Assembly: GCA_010909165.1 (NCBI GenBank)
Contig: VJWM01000019.1
Location: 372,001 to 436,000, forward strand
Direction of reading: 5' to 3'
DNA: 64,000 bases
From: Anthoceros angustus
Taxonomy: Eukaryota; Plantae; Anthocerotophyta
In this document: positions 15,353 through 27,899 of the stretch, piece after piece
Layout: each line of letters opens with the position of its first letter
Numbering within the stretch: position 1 is the stretch's first letter
The notes under the pieces: generated by a model
What the model was told of the DNA's origin: nothing
What the model saw: the letters and a program-made list of their open reading frames with translations, nothing else
Databases searched by the model: none
Program-made: the position numbers and the translations under genes

Positions 15353-17290
15353 TTAATCACCAGTCAAAGCCCTGGGCCTGTGCTCAATAGCAGCCAAGGC
15401 CATCCCCGTGTTTCTGGCGGCCCGAACAAAGGACATGTTTGCAGTCAGTGTGGGAGCATGCCAAAAGTCTCCAGTACCAAATATGATTTTGTGCCTCTCC
15501 TTTATCTTCCCTGTTTCTTCCAAGGCCATCACCCGCACAGAAGGCTTGTTTGGAAACACCCTGCAGCCATTACCAAACATAATTTCGAGGTCAGCACATG
15601 GATGATACCTGACCAGGATTAAGGATTAACTTTTTGTCACAGAAGGTCAGATGAGGAGGAAGAAGTACTGGAGACGCTTCAGTAAATCTTGGGAGCGTTG
15701 CTTCTCCTGGGGTCCTCCTACAGTAGACACGATGGACTGAAACTCATCCAGTGCAAACTGGGAGACAGCTGGTACTCCTGCTGCCAACACTGCTTCTATC
15801 TCAGGCACCAGGGGGCTTTTGAGCTCAGATTGCGCCTACGAGTGGAAGCAAGGTTAAGGATGTCTGTCAAACTCGCAAATAAACGCTAAGGAGACGAACA
15901 ATTAGCGTTTGTCGACATACCTGGTCTCTGATGAAAGTCCACATGTTGCCAAACCTGTCCTGCAGATCACAGCTGGCCATATGAGAGAAACCAAGGGCAC
16001 CTCCATTGCTGATCTGTGAAACCCATGCAATCAGAGCTGTGGTATCCAGATTCACCAGGCCTTTCCCATCGATATCTTTGAAGGAATGCTGCCCTCCCAG
16101 TTGCCTCATTGAGAGTTGCAGTTCAGATAGGGTTTGCGCTAAGGATGAAGATTTTGAGTCTCCTTGTATCCTCCGGCTAGTATTCTCTTCTTCTGACCAT
16201 ACAACAGAGACTGGCGTGACTGTGACGTCCAGGTGATTGGTTTCAGTGATTTCGCCATGTCCTGTATAGTCGGTGCTACAAACATGCTTGTCCAGCTGCA
16301 CAGCCTGTTGAGGCACATTGTCTACGGCCAGCAGCAGGGCAGACAGCCTAACCCTGCTGACTCGGACAAGATACGTCGTCCAGGCATAAGAAAAACCAGC
16401 AGAAGAAGACTGGAACCTATCTGACTTTGCAGTGACAACGTCCTCCATAGGCTCCCCGGTCTCTTCATGCTTGATAATTTCCACCCAGCCGTCATCGTCG
16501 TCATCATCTTCATCGTCATCCAGACTGCAGTCAATGTACAGACGCGACTCCTGCTGAGAAAAGCCTACTGATTCTGTTCTTTGCGAACGAGACCCGACTC
16601 TCACTGCCTCAAAGTCTAACTCCAGCTTCTCCGCAACTGGGGCATCCAAAGTACCAGCAAAGCACAACAATATGAAAGCAGGCTGCACCACAACATCCTC
16701 ACAAGCCACGATCAATAACGACAACACTTTAGACCGTAGACCTTTCTTGCTCCCATCATCCCCCCACGATATGTACTTGGGATTCCGCATCGAAGTCACC
16801 ACCCACACAGGTTTTCCATCAAACGAGCACACCACATCCACATGAGCAGTGATGTAGTTCTCCTTGTTCACTAGGGTCGCGGTGTGCCTGGGTGCGTACG
16901 CACAGAAATTGAGCATCACTCCTGATGCCCCAGTCACGGAAGGATGCTGCAGGATCTCCACCACAGCTTCAAGGTGCGTAAAATTCGTGCTGGATGTACA
17001 AAATACGAAGAACAACGTCCAGATCGCTCAGAACGTTGCAGCCCCCATACGCAGCTTCAGCAGGAGCAGGAGAAAGAAAAAACCGCTTCATACCTGGACA
17101 ATCTTGGGGAGGATACCGCAAGCTCTTGCAATGCAAGGCGTTCTACAAATCTCCCTTCCGCTCGGACAAGCTTCAGCAGGCGAGCTCGGCAATCCGGTGT
17201 GACAGAGCGAGGCGGCAAACAGGAAATTGCCTCCTCCAAGGCCTGCTGCCGGCCCTTGAGCCTGTCCAAACTACCGCCATGGCCAGCCAT
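15353..17290 (-). CDS. UPF0415/C7orf25-like (DUF1308) protein, about 4 exons (17290-17094, 16989 to about 15920, one near 15680-15830, last ending 15353)
   Basis: STNFTHLEAVVEILQHP, HVDVVC..WVVTSMRNPKYISW, VNLDTTALIAWVSQISNG, VGGPQEKQRSQDLL and the C-terminus TLTAN..IEHRPRALTGD* are characteristic of this family. Confidence 0.85.
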
Positions 17291-18247
17291 GCTCCTGAAC
17301 ATTGTCTTGGGTCCCAGGCTTTCTTGGCGCGCTTTCACCCCATCGTTGAGAGCTCAGCACCTCTGACAGACTTTGGGTCGTCTTCGTCAGATCATGTCCA
17401 TCATGTAGCGCCCAGCAAAATCGCAATGCCTACGAGACAACCATCTCCATTTCTACCTGCAGTTCTGTCGCTACCGCAGGGACATGCTGCTTTCACGAAC
17501 TTACTAGTACTGACAGGATCAGGATCAGAACTGAGACACGAAACACACTGAGAAGACCCAATTTGGCAAGTTCCCAAGTGGTGACAGAAATGGTTTGCGG
17601 ATGCTATGGCCTTCCCAGCTCAACACATGGAGCCTCGGTGGTAGTCTAGCGCACAGAAGAGACGTCAAGAAAACATGCCAGCAAAGAACAGCTGGAAACT
17701 ACTGTTCCCTGTGGGTGTGGGTTCGGCTTAGTGATGTGTGCGCACGTTATAGACAACAACATCCTAGGCAGACTTGGGTAATGCTGTGGCTTCTCGATGG
17801 AGACACCAGGTTGGGGAGAACTAACACATCTATGCTTTTGAAAAATACATTTGCTCGCCAGAGAGCCCTTAAAGACTTCTTATTGTACACTCCATTTCTC
17901 CTGCACTGTACAAAGTTTCCCGTGGCCTCGGATTACCAGCAAAACAACTCCCACATCTAGCTGCTACCACCTCATGACTGTTTGCCCGGTAAACAGCACT
18001 ACTTCTTCCTGCAAAGACAAAGGTAACGCAACCTCTGAGCACCAATCTCGACACAAAGTCGAGAGGGTCACAGGTCCAACACCATCAGCCAGTCATCCAC
18101 CAAACAGCCCCTCACTGGGCAGCTTTCAGACTGACATCGTGTTTGGAAGCAGGTCTTCTTTCACAGGTCCAACACCACCTGTCACCTAGCATCCAAGCAT
18201 GGAGTCGTGAATATTTGCACCTTCCAAACAGAAACCTGGAAAATATG

Positions 18248-20038
18248 TCATTCTCTTGCAAAGTCATCTCCCAGATCATCAGGCTCGTCTCCAAATCCAC
18301 CAAGATCGCTCCATACCCTCGCCCCAAGGCGACTACCGAGTGGCCCCCGATACACCGGAGCAGCTGCTGGAAATGCATCATGCCTTCGCCTGAAACCTGG
18401 AGAGGGTCCCGGTAGACAACCAGGAGCTGGAAAAGGAAATCCTGGGTGCCCATCATAATCACCTCCAAAAAAGGGAACAACAAGGGGCCGCTGCGGGAAA
18501 CCGAACGGCGGGAAAGTTTCTTCGATAAACCGTCTCCCTGCATCCCTCCTCCTCTCCTCTATCCTTTTCCTGCGTAACCACTCCCTAATGAACGGAGCCT
18601 TCCATCCTCGCCCACCTGGGGCAGTGTCTCCTACAGCCGACTTTCCGAACTCCAACTGAAACTGAACCTTCCACAACTCATCACCCGATGAGAGGAACTT
18701 GAGCTCAGAGCAGACACATGCTACTGCAGCCAAACTTTGAGCTGGAAGAAACTCAAGAATTTTGATTTTCAACTCTGTCGGCAGCATTAGAAGCGAGGGC
18801 GGTGGTGGCAGGCCAGCCTTATCACACAAGTCTGTAAGAAGGGGAAGGGACAGCCCGTCCTTGACCTCCTTCCACAAATCGAACACATTTACAAAGACCC
18901 CCCACGTTGGATCAGCCAGTGCATCCTTCTGTCCTTCACGCTTGACCTCTTGAGGTGAGGAACCATCGTGCTGATTTGATCCACACAAAAATTTTGAAAT
19001 TGGTAGGCATAACCTGTACACTTCCGATCCTCCAGCTCCTGCAATAGTGCCATAGGCAATGAAGGCATTGCCCATTATCTGACAACGCAGAAGAACATTC
19101 CCCACAGCCCTTGCGGCAGGGTCTGCCAGACGGGCCTCGACAAGTTCAGGGAGACTGTACTGCAAGTTCACAATTCCACCGTTCCGGTTCCACCCACTCA
19201 AAAACCCCCGAGACGAAGAACAAGGTCCGCTAGAGGACTCCACCCTCACAAAGCCTGTTTCCAGCATCACAGCGTGAACGGCAAGAAAAAGGAAAGCAGG
19301 CCTCTCGACGACTTGGTCTCCCTCTTCCGCCAGGACCCGCGACAGAAGGTCAGGAATTGACGATGTGGACTTCCCATCACCCGCCTGTATCAGCATTACA
19401 TCCTCCTCCGAGGAACTCATTTCTCCACCCGCCTTCTCACCAGAATCCACAACCATGTCTTCGGCAGCAGGCGCATCCATGGGAAGCTTACCCTTGTCAC
19501 GAGAAACCTCTCTAAATCCCTGAGACTCTTCCACACTTGCACGCGTCGGGGGCCCCACACCAGACTCTACACCCTGGCTCCCGCCGCCTTCTGCCACAGG
19601 CGAGCGTGAAACAGACGCCCTTCGATCTGCTGCTGCCGCACACAGATCTCTCATGGACCTAGAATTCACGCTCCTTCTCTCAACTTGTGCAATCCTCGAA
19701 CTTTCTGCACCAAGCGTCCCACTCTCTGCAACATTTCCTGTCGAACTCCCAGCCAAGCTCGCACGCGCTCGTGGTTCATGACCAGAAGATTGAACCAAAC
19801 CTTGCCCCGTTCCTCCCGTAAAGTAAACAAGGTCACCAACACGCACACCTAAATCGCTAAGCGGCGTGTTTCCAGAATCCTCAATCCGATCCTTCTTGTT
19901 CAAGGATACTTGCAAGGACGAGGCTGGAACTGTAACCGCCGCTGCGATGGCGCCCTTGAGATCCTGCAGAGTGTACGGAAAGGAAACTTGTATCTTATGC
20001 GTAGGGCCCCCGGCAGCTGATCTCACCCGCAGCTTCAT
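18248..20038 (-). CDS. SKIP22: F-box protein SKIP22/FBXO7-like (N-terminal Ubl, PI31-type domain, F-box), intronless
   Basis: MKLRVRS..VSLNKKD..LSDLGVRVGDLVY (Ubl), LAVHAVMLETGF (PI31_Prot_N), PPSLLMLPTELKIKILEFLP (F-box) and a Pro/Gly-rich tail. Confidence 0.88.
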   Translation of the reverse strand: MKLRVRSAAGGPTHKIQVSFPYTLQDLKGAIAAAVTVPASSLQVSLNKKDRIEDSGNTPLSDLGVRVGDLVYFTGGTGQGLVQSSGHEPRARASLAGSSTGNVAESGTLGAESSRIAQVERRSVNSRSMRDLCAAAADRRASVSRSPVAEGGGSQGVESGVGPPTRASVEESQGFREVSRDKGKLPMDAPAAEDMVVDSGEKAGGEMSSSEEDVMLIQAGDGKSTSSIPDLLSRVLAEEGDQVVERPAFLFLAVHAVMLETGFVRVESSSGPCSSSRGFLSGWNRNGGIVNLQYSLPELVEARLADPAARAVGNVLLRCQIMGNAFIAYGTIAGAGGSEVYRLCLPISKFLCGSNQHDGSSPQEVKREGQKDALADPTWGVFVNVFDLWKEVKDGLSLPLLTDLCDKAGLPPPPSLLMLPTELKIKILEFLPAQSLAAVACVCSELKFLSSGDELWKVQFQLEFGKSAVGDTAPGGRGWKAPFIREWLRRKRIEERRRDAGRRFIEETFPPFGFPQRPLVVPFFGGDYDGHPGFPFPAPGCLPGPSPGFRRRHDAFPAAAPVYRGPLGSRLGARVWSDLGGFGDEPDDLGDDFARE

Positions 20039-20304
20039 CTTCCACCTGCTCCTGCAACGCTCCAGGAGACACCGATTCAAGAACGACACGTTCTCGAATC
20101 CCCCGACCGCTGCTCCTGCCCTCGAGCCGCGATCAAAGATCGGCTGCGTGGCAAAAAAGAAGGCGTGAGAACGAAGACACCTCTCGGGCAAAGCCACGTA
20201 AGAAACCCGAACAAAGTATGTTACATGTGTCTATATATGTCTATAACAGGCTTGGTGATGGTATGTATAGGTGAGCCATCGGGTGCGTTGGGGAAGGGAT
20301 TGAG
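20039..20304. promoter_or_regulatory. Probable bidirectional promoter region between the SKIP22-like and RMP64-like genes
   Basis: Divergent start codons only 266 bp apart, with a TATA-like tctatatat near 20229. Confidence 0.5.
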
Positions 20305-22260
20305 ATGGCAAAAAACAGCCGCCCAATATGCCCCCGCCCCCCAGAGGCTCTGTCTCTTTTAGAGGAGGACCATGAGAGGCAGGGTGCCATTGAGGAGGAG
20401 GGGTTTGCAGTGCAGCAGCGGCTGCGAAACCAGCTTCAGCAACTGTGGACAGAGCATGCCCTGTTTCTGAGGCTCATGTACAAGAACAAGAATCAGCACC
20501 GACGATGTCTCTATTTCCGCAAGCTCATGCAGGTTGCTTGATTGATCGATCCCTTGGTCTCGGTGCCCGGTGCTTGTGGTCGGTTCGGTGTTTCTGATAT
20601 TGTTTTGTGATGTTGTTGTGCTTGTAGGTGCGGAGGGATTTGAATCTGCTCCAAGCCTTAGGGCTGAACCAGATTGTTCAGGGCTCAACTCTATATTTCT
20701 CTACATGTGGGAAGGCTACTGGTCTTAGATTTGAAGTGAGCTCAGAGTCAGTACAGCTTTGGACACGAGCTTGGAAATCCTGCTTTTGATTATTTTGGTA
20801 TCATGCCGTGGTGCAGTGTAGTGCAATAGGGCCATTGGTGAAAAGAAATTATGTCCATTTTTTGTGCTCAAGGTTTGGGAACTGATTTGCAACGTGCCAT
20901 CTCAGGCAGAAGTTCACTCAAACTCAGCAGGGCAAAATGAGAAAGACACTGCAGCAGCTACAAGGAGCTGCCAGACTGTTGGAACAGGTCTTTTTCTTTT
21001 TCCCTTTCAGGCTTTTGCTGAAGGTATTGTTCTGTGTGCAACTAGTAGATGGCTGTTCAGTTTCGCTGTGTAGATGGTTGATCCCGTCCTAAACGCAAGT
21101 CTGGAGATTGGAGGTCTTCTGGGATCAGCGTTCTTCATGCCATTTGCGCTTACAATGTTTGCGTCGCTTGCACGATTTCGGGTATTGCTCACGCAGGTAT
21201 ATTTGTCGCCCTGTCTCATGGGTGTGGTTCCTCATGAGGAATCAGGCTCAGCTAGTGGCATTGTTCGTGCTGTGAAGAGGCTCATGCTGTTATGTTGGGG
21301 TGTTGGATTAAGCAGTGCAGCCGGAAAGGAACCTCGTCAAAACTGATTGTTGTGGCTGCATGCAGATCATGTATGATGTGGTTTGCCTTTACAACCTACT
21401 GGCAGCAACATGCCGTGACAAGATGGTTTGCCGGGGATCGGTCGTACAGGTGCCAGCCGTCTTGGAGTGCCACTGGCAGGACAATCATTTCAAATTGCTT
21501 GAAAAGATATTACCTTCGACACCGGAGGACGACGCCGTTAACCAGCCAGAGGAGATAGACGGGCCCAGTCTTCCATGGGTCATAGATGATAAGAGTGGAA
21601 AGATCATTGACTTGCAGAAAAAGCAAGACTACGGTGAGCTACGTTGCCTTTGGGGACGCTTCTTTGGCAAAGCGCTTGTCCAGGTACTAATATACATAAT
21701 TTTTTTCCAACCCAGGTGGGTTACCTCGGGGCTCTGCAGTTATGGCTCGAACTTTGCCTGCAAAAGCCTTGGAAAGCACTGAGAAGTTGCAAGCAGCAGA
21801 GGAACATATTAGAGAGCAAGCACCTACCCTGGTGGATGAGCACCCACCTAGCCTTGTGGATGAGCACCCTGCCGATGACAAGGCTTTTGAGTTGCTGGGC
21901 TCGGAGGGTGGTTCATCAAAGATTGGGAGGCCGGTGAACACACCAGCCGTTACCCTCCACGAAAGAGAGGAGCAGAGGGAGATAAATCAAGGCACGGTTT
22001 TGACAGTAAGAGAACCCACGGAGATGGCACCATCCTTGCCATCCCCCTCGCAGGCAACAGCTAAGCGAAAGGGAAGTAAGCTAGAAACTGGTCAACCCAA
22101 AAAACGGGTTGCCTATCTCTCAGTGCAAGTAACCCCTCAACAAGCATCAAGTGATACACCCACAAGCGTAGTAGTCCCTCAAATTTCTCAAAGACAGAAT
22201 CCTCAGCAACTTTTTGAGATGCTACTTGGCCGAACTGGGAAGAAGTCCATGTTCAACTAG
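20305..22260 (+). CDS. DUF4477/NEPRO (RMP64-like) nucleolar protein, multi-exon; internal exon borders not fully resolved
   Basis: LFLRLMYKNKNQHRRCLYFRKLMQ|VRRDLNLL is the DUF4477 signature. FFMPFALTMFASLARFRVLLTQ follows, and the last exon ends FEMLLGRTGKKSMFN*. Confidence 0.72.
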
Positions 22261-23004
22261 ACTGTTTGAATTCGTGGTCGTCATTTGTATCCATGATCAT
22301 CATACAACAAACTGTTTGATAGAGACGCACAAACAGAATTGCAGCCGCAAACCTTGGCCGAATAATCACAACCAATGAGGTCGTGCGGCCAAAGATTTGT
22401 GTTAAGTATCAAGCTCAGAGTGTAAGACGTTCTGGAGCAGTAATAGGCGAAAGGTCCCCTTGCCATGATTGTTACAAGGATTGAAAGAAAACAAATTTGT
22501 CACATCAGAGGTTCACCATTCCCACACCTAGAAGGCCAAATAATCACTAACAGAATCCACCCACCGCTTGAGAGGAGCGATGAGCTCAAATTGTAGGACG
22601 CTATGGTAGCAACTTGCTCCAACAAGCAAGACATAAAAGCTTGCCAGCTGAATGTTGTGTTCTGTAGCTGATGTGCTATTCAAGTAGCAAGCAATGCAGC
22701 AGAGCCAAATTAGTATGGAGAACAGTGGCTGTCGTCGGAGTTCGCCTTCAAATGACATCAGAATCCCATGGTGAAAGCAATAAATATATCGGTGAAGCAC
22801 CTGGGCGGAAGTCGTCTCCGAAGGAGACTTAAATTGGAGTGCGTGTCTCAAGGTCTTGGCGAGATGCCAAGGAAAAGAATCCATAACGGTAAACATACAC
22901 GAGTCAGGCCATCATGTTGCCTTCTTCGTCTTCCCTGCACAAAGAAAGAAATCCAGGCCTGTACATACATAACAATTGAGTCGCCCCCGTGGCTGCACCG
23001 AGTC

Positions 23005-24474
23005 TCAAACGTAGCTGAGAATCTGGGTGGCGATCCCTGTTACGCTGACAAACACAGCAAGTGGAAGCACCAACCAGGCCACATAGGTCTGGGCCTTGTC
23101 TTTGTCGTACTCCGCCCTGGAGTTGGACTGAATGACCAAAAGGGCCGGGAAGATGAAGCCCAAGCACATGCCTGTGGTGGCCCCAGTGAAGTTAAAGGCA
23201 ATCCATATGTTAGGGATGAGGGTGGAGCCAATATACACGATGCAGAGAAGAATGACAGACACTCCGGCAAATCTGATCTTGCTCTCCGTGAGCGGGCGAG
23301 ACTTGGGAAAGCAGATGGCATCAATGGTAAGCCGCAAGGAGAAGAAGACTACAGGAAAGACAAGCATGATGTGCACGGCATAGCCGAGCCTGATGGCATA
23401 GTTTATGGGCTGGCTGTAAGGGATGTTGAGATCCTGGTCGAAGTTGGCAAGAATGTCCGCAGCTGTGGACTCCCCGAACAGCAGATAGCCTGAAAGGGCA
23501 GTGATCCCGTACACGATGGTGCAGAAGAAGAGCGAGATCCGGCCGACCTGGTTCATCTTCCCCACACTCTTGTCCTGCAGCTCGTGGTAGATCGGAGGCA
23601 CGTTGAAGTGGCAGATGTAGGCGTTGGTCATGATGGGAATGACCGAGAAGAGATCGAAAATTGCGGCCTTGGAGCCCAGAAAGGGCAGCATCCTGGGCGC
23701 CTCCACCTCCCCCATGGCCAGCTTCACCAGAGCCACACCTGCCGTGAGCACCAGAAACAGCACGGCCAGCCCGATGGAAACAGCCGAGCTGTACTTCAAC
23801 GAGTTCATATGCTCCAGCGCCACCAGCGGAGCCAGCACCAGCACAATCACCACCAAGATGACGATGGGCCGGTTGTTCCACCACCCCGGGCCCCCGACCC
23901 ACTGCTCGAACAGCCCCACATGGTCCGCAGAGCCCGACAGCACGTCGGCAATGATGATGAGGTAGACGATGAGCATCCCTCCGTTGTTCACCACCACGCA
24001 GATCTGCGCCCCTGCGCGGGCAGCCGCCCCGCACACCCCACCCACCACGCCCTCGTAGGTCAAGGAATCCAGCAGGCTGGAGAAGCGCACCACCATCTCC
24101 ACGCTGTACTCGGACAGAATTCCCATCACCGTGATGACGAACAGCCCAATTGGCAGACCCAACACCCGCATTGTAGCGGGCAGGGCCATGATCCCCGCAC
24201 CCACAATCGTGGTGGACAGATTGAACACGGAGCTCTTCACGTCCGCCCCCTCCTCCTCGAACTCATCTCCCACCACCTCCTTCCTGGCCGGATCCTCGGC
24301 GTCCCTCAGCAGCGGCTGCTGGTCCACCCTCGTCCCCTGGACCGCCATCTCCCTCTCCCTCTCCCTCCCCTGCCCACCACCGGAATCGGCACCAGTCCGT
24401 GACACAACTTCCTGCAGCGCCACTCCACCAATCCGCGAGGCAGCCCGGGCTTCTTCTCCTTCACCGAATGGCAT
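23005..24474 (-). CDS. AVT6: Amino acid transporter, AVT6/SLC38-like (Aa_trans), intronless; start either 24474 (MPFG) or 24348 (MAVQ)
   Basis: SSVFNLSTTIVGAGIMALP, NNGGMLIVYLIIIADV, TNAYICHFNV, GYLLFGEST, FNFTGATT and about 11 hydrophobic segments. Confidence 0.92.
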   Translation of the reverse strand: MPFGEGEEARAASRIGGVALQEVVSRTGADSGGGQGREREREMAVQGTRVDQQPLLRDAEDPARKEVVGDEFEEEGADVKSSVFNLSTTIVGAGIMALPATMRVLGLPIGLFVITVMGILSEYSVEMVVRFSSLLDSLTYEGVVGGVCGAAARAGAQICVVVNNGGMLIVYLIIIADVLSGSADHVGLFEQWVGGPGWWNNRPIVILVVIVLVLAPLVALEHMNSLKYSSAVSIGLAVLFLVLTAGVALVKLAMGEVEAPRMLPFLGSKAAIFDLFSVIPIMTNAYICHFNVPPIYHELQDKSVGKMNQVGRISLFFCTIVYGITALSGYLLFGESTAADILANFDQDLNIPYSQPINYAIRLGYAVHIMLVFPVVFFSLRLTIDAICFPKSRPLTESKIRFAGVSVILLCIVYIGSTLIPNIWIAFNFTGATTGMCLGFIFPALLVIQSNSRAEYDKDKAQTYVAWLVLPLAVFVSVTGIATQILSYV

Positions 24475-26046
24475 CAGACGGCGGAGCAAGCCGTGGTTGT
24501 AGAAAGCCCCGCTCTTTACAAGAGACACGGACACGCAACCTGGCAAATTCCCTCTGCTCTCCTCTCCTCTTCTCTACTCTCCCTTTCCTCCCTTCCCTGC
24601 ACCTTCCTACAGCGGCAACAACCTGCACATGAGGAGACAGCTGACCGAATCCTAATCTGCGACGTGAGCGGCAACGAGGGGAGGTGGTGGGTGATTGTGC
24701 GGACAAGGGGACGGTGGGTTAGGCGGCCTCTGGCTCCTTCTGGGCCTGGATCTGAGGCGGACGGGGCGGGGAGGGGCGGAGCGGGGGCGGCAGGCTAACA
24801 CACGGCAACTCTACCACCGACTACGACCCAAACCCAAACCCAAACCGTGGAGAGGAGGCAGACGAAACACGCGGGCCTCGAGTTATATATGCCTGGGAAA
24901 GCGGGTTGCCGTGCCAGATGCACTCACCCGGATACACCACCCGCGGATTGAATCCACAGTCCGTGAATCTTTCATGCCCTCCAAAGGCCCGCTGGTGCAA
25001 GCGGGTGTCAGCCGCGTCTGCAGTGCACTGCTTGCCAGAGCTGGCAAAGGATTCCAGATTCTGAGAAGCTTTTCCCCTGCAGTACAGTACATGGTTCTTT
25101 CCTCTCGGTTTTATTAGGGCCGGACATGTGCGACCTTTGCAGAATTGGACGAGCGTTGTTGTTGCAGCAACAGAGCAACGGAATGTTCTATAACCCTAAC
25201 TACACACTCCCACTCCCTCCTTGCACAAGAGATTTCCTGCCAGTTAGACTGTTGGGCTGTAGCAGAATCTGCGTGGAGGTGGGATTCACCTTGCTGCCTC
25301 CTGGAGGAGGTCAGATCCAGGTGTGCCTCGCACCTTAAAAGAAGCCTTCCACTATCCGCTATCGACTGGCCTTGGGAGTCGGACAGGGAAAGCTTTGCGA
25401 GGAGCTCCACCAGGCAGTACAGACAACTTTCACTTTCGCCTGGACCGCTGGAAGGCTCACGGAAGCATCACAACATCTCTACAAACAATTTTTCACGATG
25501 TACCTGCTGGCCAATGGCCATGGTGCCAGTGCCGCCCGCAACTGTGACGCACAGGCTTGTGGCGGGAAGTCGACACCGCCTCTCGCGATCCAACAGGGCC
25601 GCCTGCAACTGCAGACACGGCATGGGACCACTTTTGCAGCCACATGACACGCGCGCTTCGGACAAACATGTAAACGAGAAATCAAGGACATGACTGCTGT
25701 GGACCTCACTGCGGACCCTGGAGGCTCTCGGGCCGCAAGATGATGCGTGAAAGCAGCCGTCACAGAGACCCACTTCACGCTGGCGTAACGCGTTCATTGG
25801 GAGCCAGCAGCCAATGCGGCGGCGACCAGGTAGCCACGAGCTGGCGACTCGGCGTGACTATCGCTGTGCCCTTTGCACTCCTCGCTCCAATAGCTTGCAA
25901 GGGCTGTTCCAACACATAGTACACGGTCATAAACGCGTATCCACACGAGTTAGACGATGGAGTGAAGAGTCATGCAATGGCTATCTAAGCACACGGGCCC
26001 TAAGTCATTCTACGTCACCTTGATATTTTTGTACTAATAATCTAGA

Positions 26047-26290
26047 TTGGTAGGTTCTCAAGAAATTGAATGTAGAAGAAGAAGAAGAATTCTATTTAAG
26101 TCCACTAAGGACGGATTTCTATCATGGGACTTGTACTTAACAACTTGTACCATGGTGTGCCTAAGCTACTTGCACCAAGGGCATCCACTCCCTTCAGGCA
26201 CCCCATCTAAGTACCGATCTAAGTTTAGGATGCTTAATCACGGTTCTTACATACAAAGGTGTGTCCATTTGGCCTAAGCCATTTGGACAT
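26047..26290. repeat. Isolated fragment of about 240 bp of the repeat family that forms 45060-45300 and 47135-47370
   Basis: Near-identical run aagtccactaaggacggattt..ggtgtgcctaagctacttgcaccaagggcatccactccctt..ggcaccccatctaagtaccgatctaag..catttggcctaagccatttggac. Confidence 0.85.
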
Positions 26291-27899
26291 ATAGCATATA
26301 CTTCATGGAGCCAAATGAACAATTCTGTCGCTGATAAAAGCTTCAAGTGTGTTACTAATTTTTATCACAAGGATTCCAAGAGTTGGAATTCTTTACCTCC
26401 ACCCATTGTATTGTACGTTTAATACTATAATGACTTCCATCTTGGAGCGTTTCATTCAGATGTTACCTGTTCGTTTATTGCTTTCACTCACAATGGATTG
26501 GTAGATTTGTAGATTGCATAAAGTAATTACGACCAAGTCCAATTTCTGCCTGACTGCGACTCGGGATGTGTGATGTTGATCCTTGTTATTTTGAACTGAC
26601 AGATGTACTAACTTGTGCACCAGAAGCCCAATTAGTGCTCGTCTAACTCGGAACCCGTAGACCCAAATATTTCGCATCAGCTTTTAAGCAATAGAGTATG
26701 CATCAGATTGTAGAGTTTCTGCTATGTTTTATCCGTAGCATATGTACTAACTAACTAAGTGCACAACAAGCCCAAACTTTTTTATGTGTGTTTGTCTTAT
26801 TGATTGGTTGGTTTGCCTACTGACATATTGGTTGTAAGGCTTGGTGACACATTGGTTGTAAGTCTTGCTAATACATTGGTTATAAAGGTTGTTGCATGGA
26901 TTTGTTGTAAAGTTTATTAGCACAATGTGTGCGGCTTGTGTAGATATTGGTGTTCATATGGACCAGAAGATTTTCGAGTGATAACTATACTTAAAGACTA
27001 GATGTATGGCCAGTAAAATTGTAATTAAGCAATCACTCTCATAACCTGAAAGTGGCTCAAATCCTTATTCACTAAGAATCACATGTGGATTGTGTGAGTG
27101 ATATCTAACATAGTCCTCAGGATGATGGACATCCCAACTTGTCTAGGCCTCCTTGGCTCTCGAACTGGTGGTTGCTCAATTGGAAGAAGATGAACCTATA
27201 CAACTAGGCTATGTACCGCTACGCATTATTGTTCAGGATTATGATGCAGGCTCACATGTTTATAGAGGGTGTGTCACTTGTTTCATAAGTATCTTCCTAA
27301 GTGGGTGGTGCAACAAGTGTAAGGAAGTTGCAAGTGGACAGCTGCAATATCGTTTACGACTATTACACGGACATGACCACACCTTGTTATGAAATAGTGA
27401 AAAAACATGCAGGCAATCCTTTGCTGTTGGCTGGGGCTCTTGTGATGTGCTCGTGCTTGTCTACAGTGGTAACCATAGTGATAGTGTCCCTCCCAACTAC
27501 CTCCCTTGCACCATTTCTCTAGTACTTTGCCTTGCAGGCATTGCACTGTGCTGGTTTTTGTAAGTGCCCACACTATTTGATCAAAGTACGTATCACGTCT
27601 CTCCAGTGCAAGCGTTTTTTTTTCTTCCTCGTAATCAGAAAAAATGTTGAACGTACGTACATCCATGTATCTAGCAAGGAACAATCAAAACTACCGACGA
27701 TATACCAATGCGACATATCTCAATGGCACATACTGTGCCACATGTGTGTTTATTCTCCTAGCTGCAAGTTCTATGAAAGTCAACTGCTTCTTTTTGGTTG
27801 GAAGCTTCCAATTGCTCTTAAATTCCCAAAACGCAAGATTCCTTTTCAAGCTGTTGTCAGAATTGGTGGGATCAGCCAAGACAAACAGTGTCAACAGCA

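Noticed and set aside
23040-24502. Several long ORFs overlapping AVT6, such as the 272-aa ORF at 23584-24402
   Set aside because: Antisense or alternative-frame shadows of a high-GC3 coding sequence.
24826-24847. (CCCAAA)n telomere-like run
   Set aside because: Only about 3 units and not the plant TTTAGGG repeat. It is an ordinary microsatellite.
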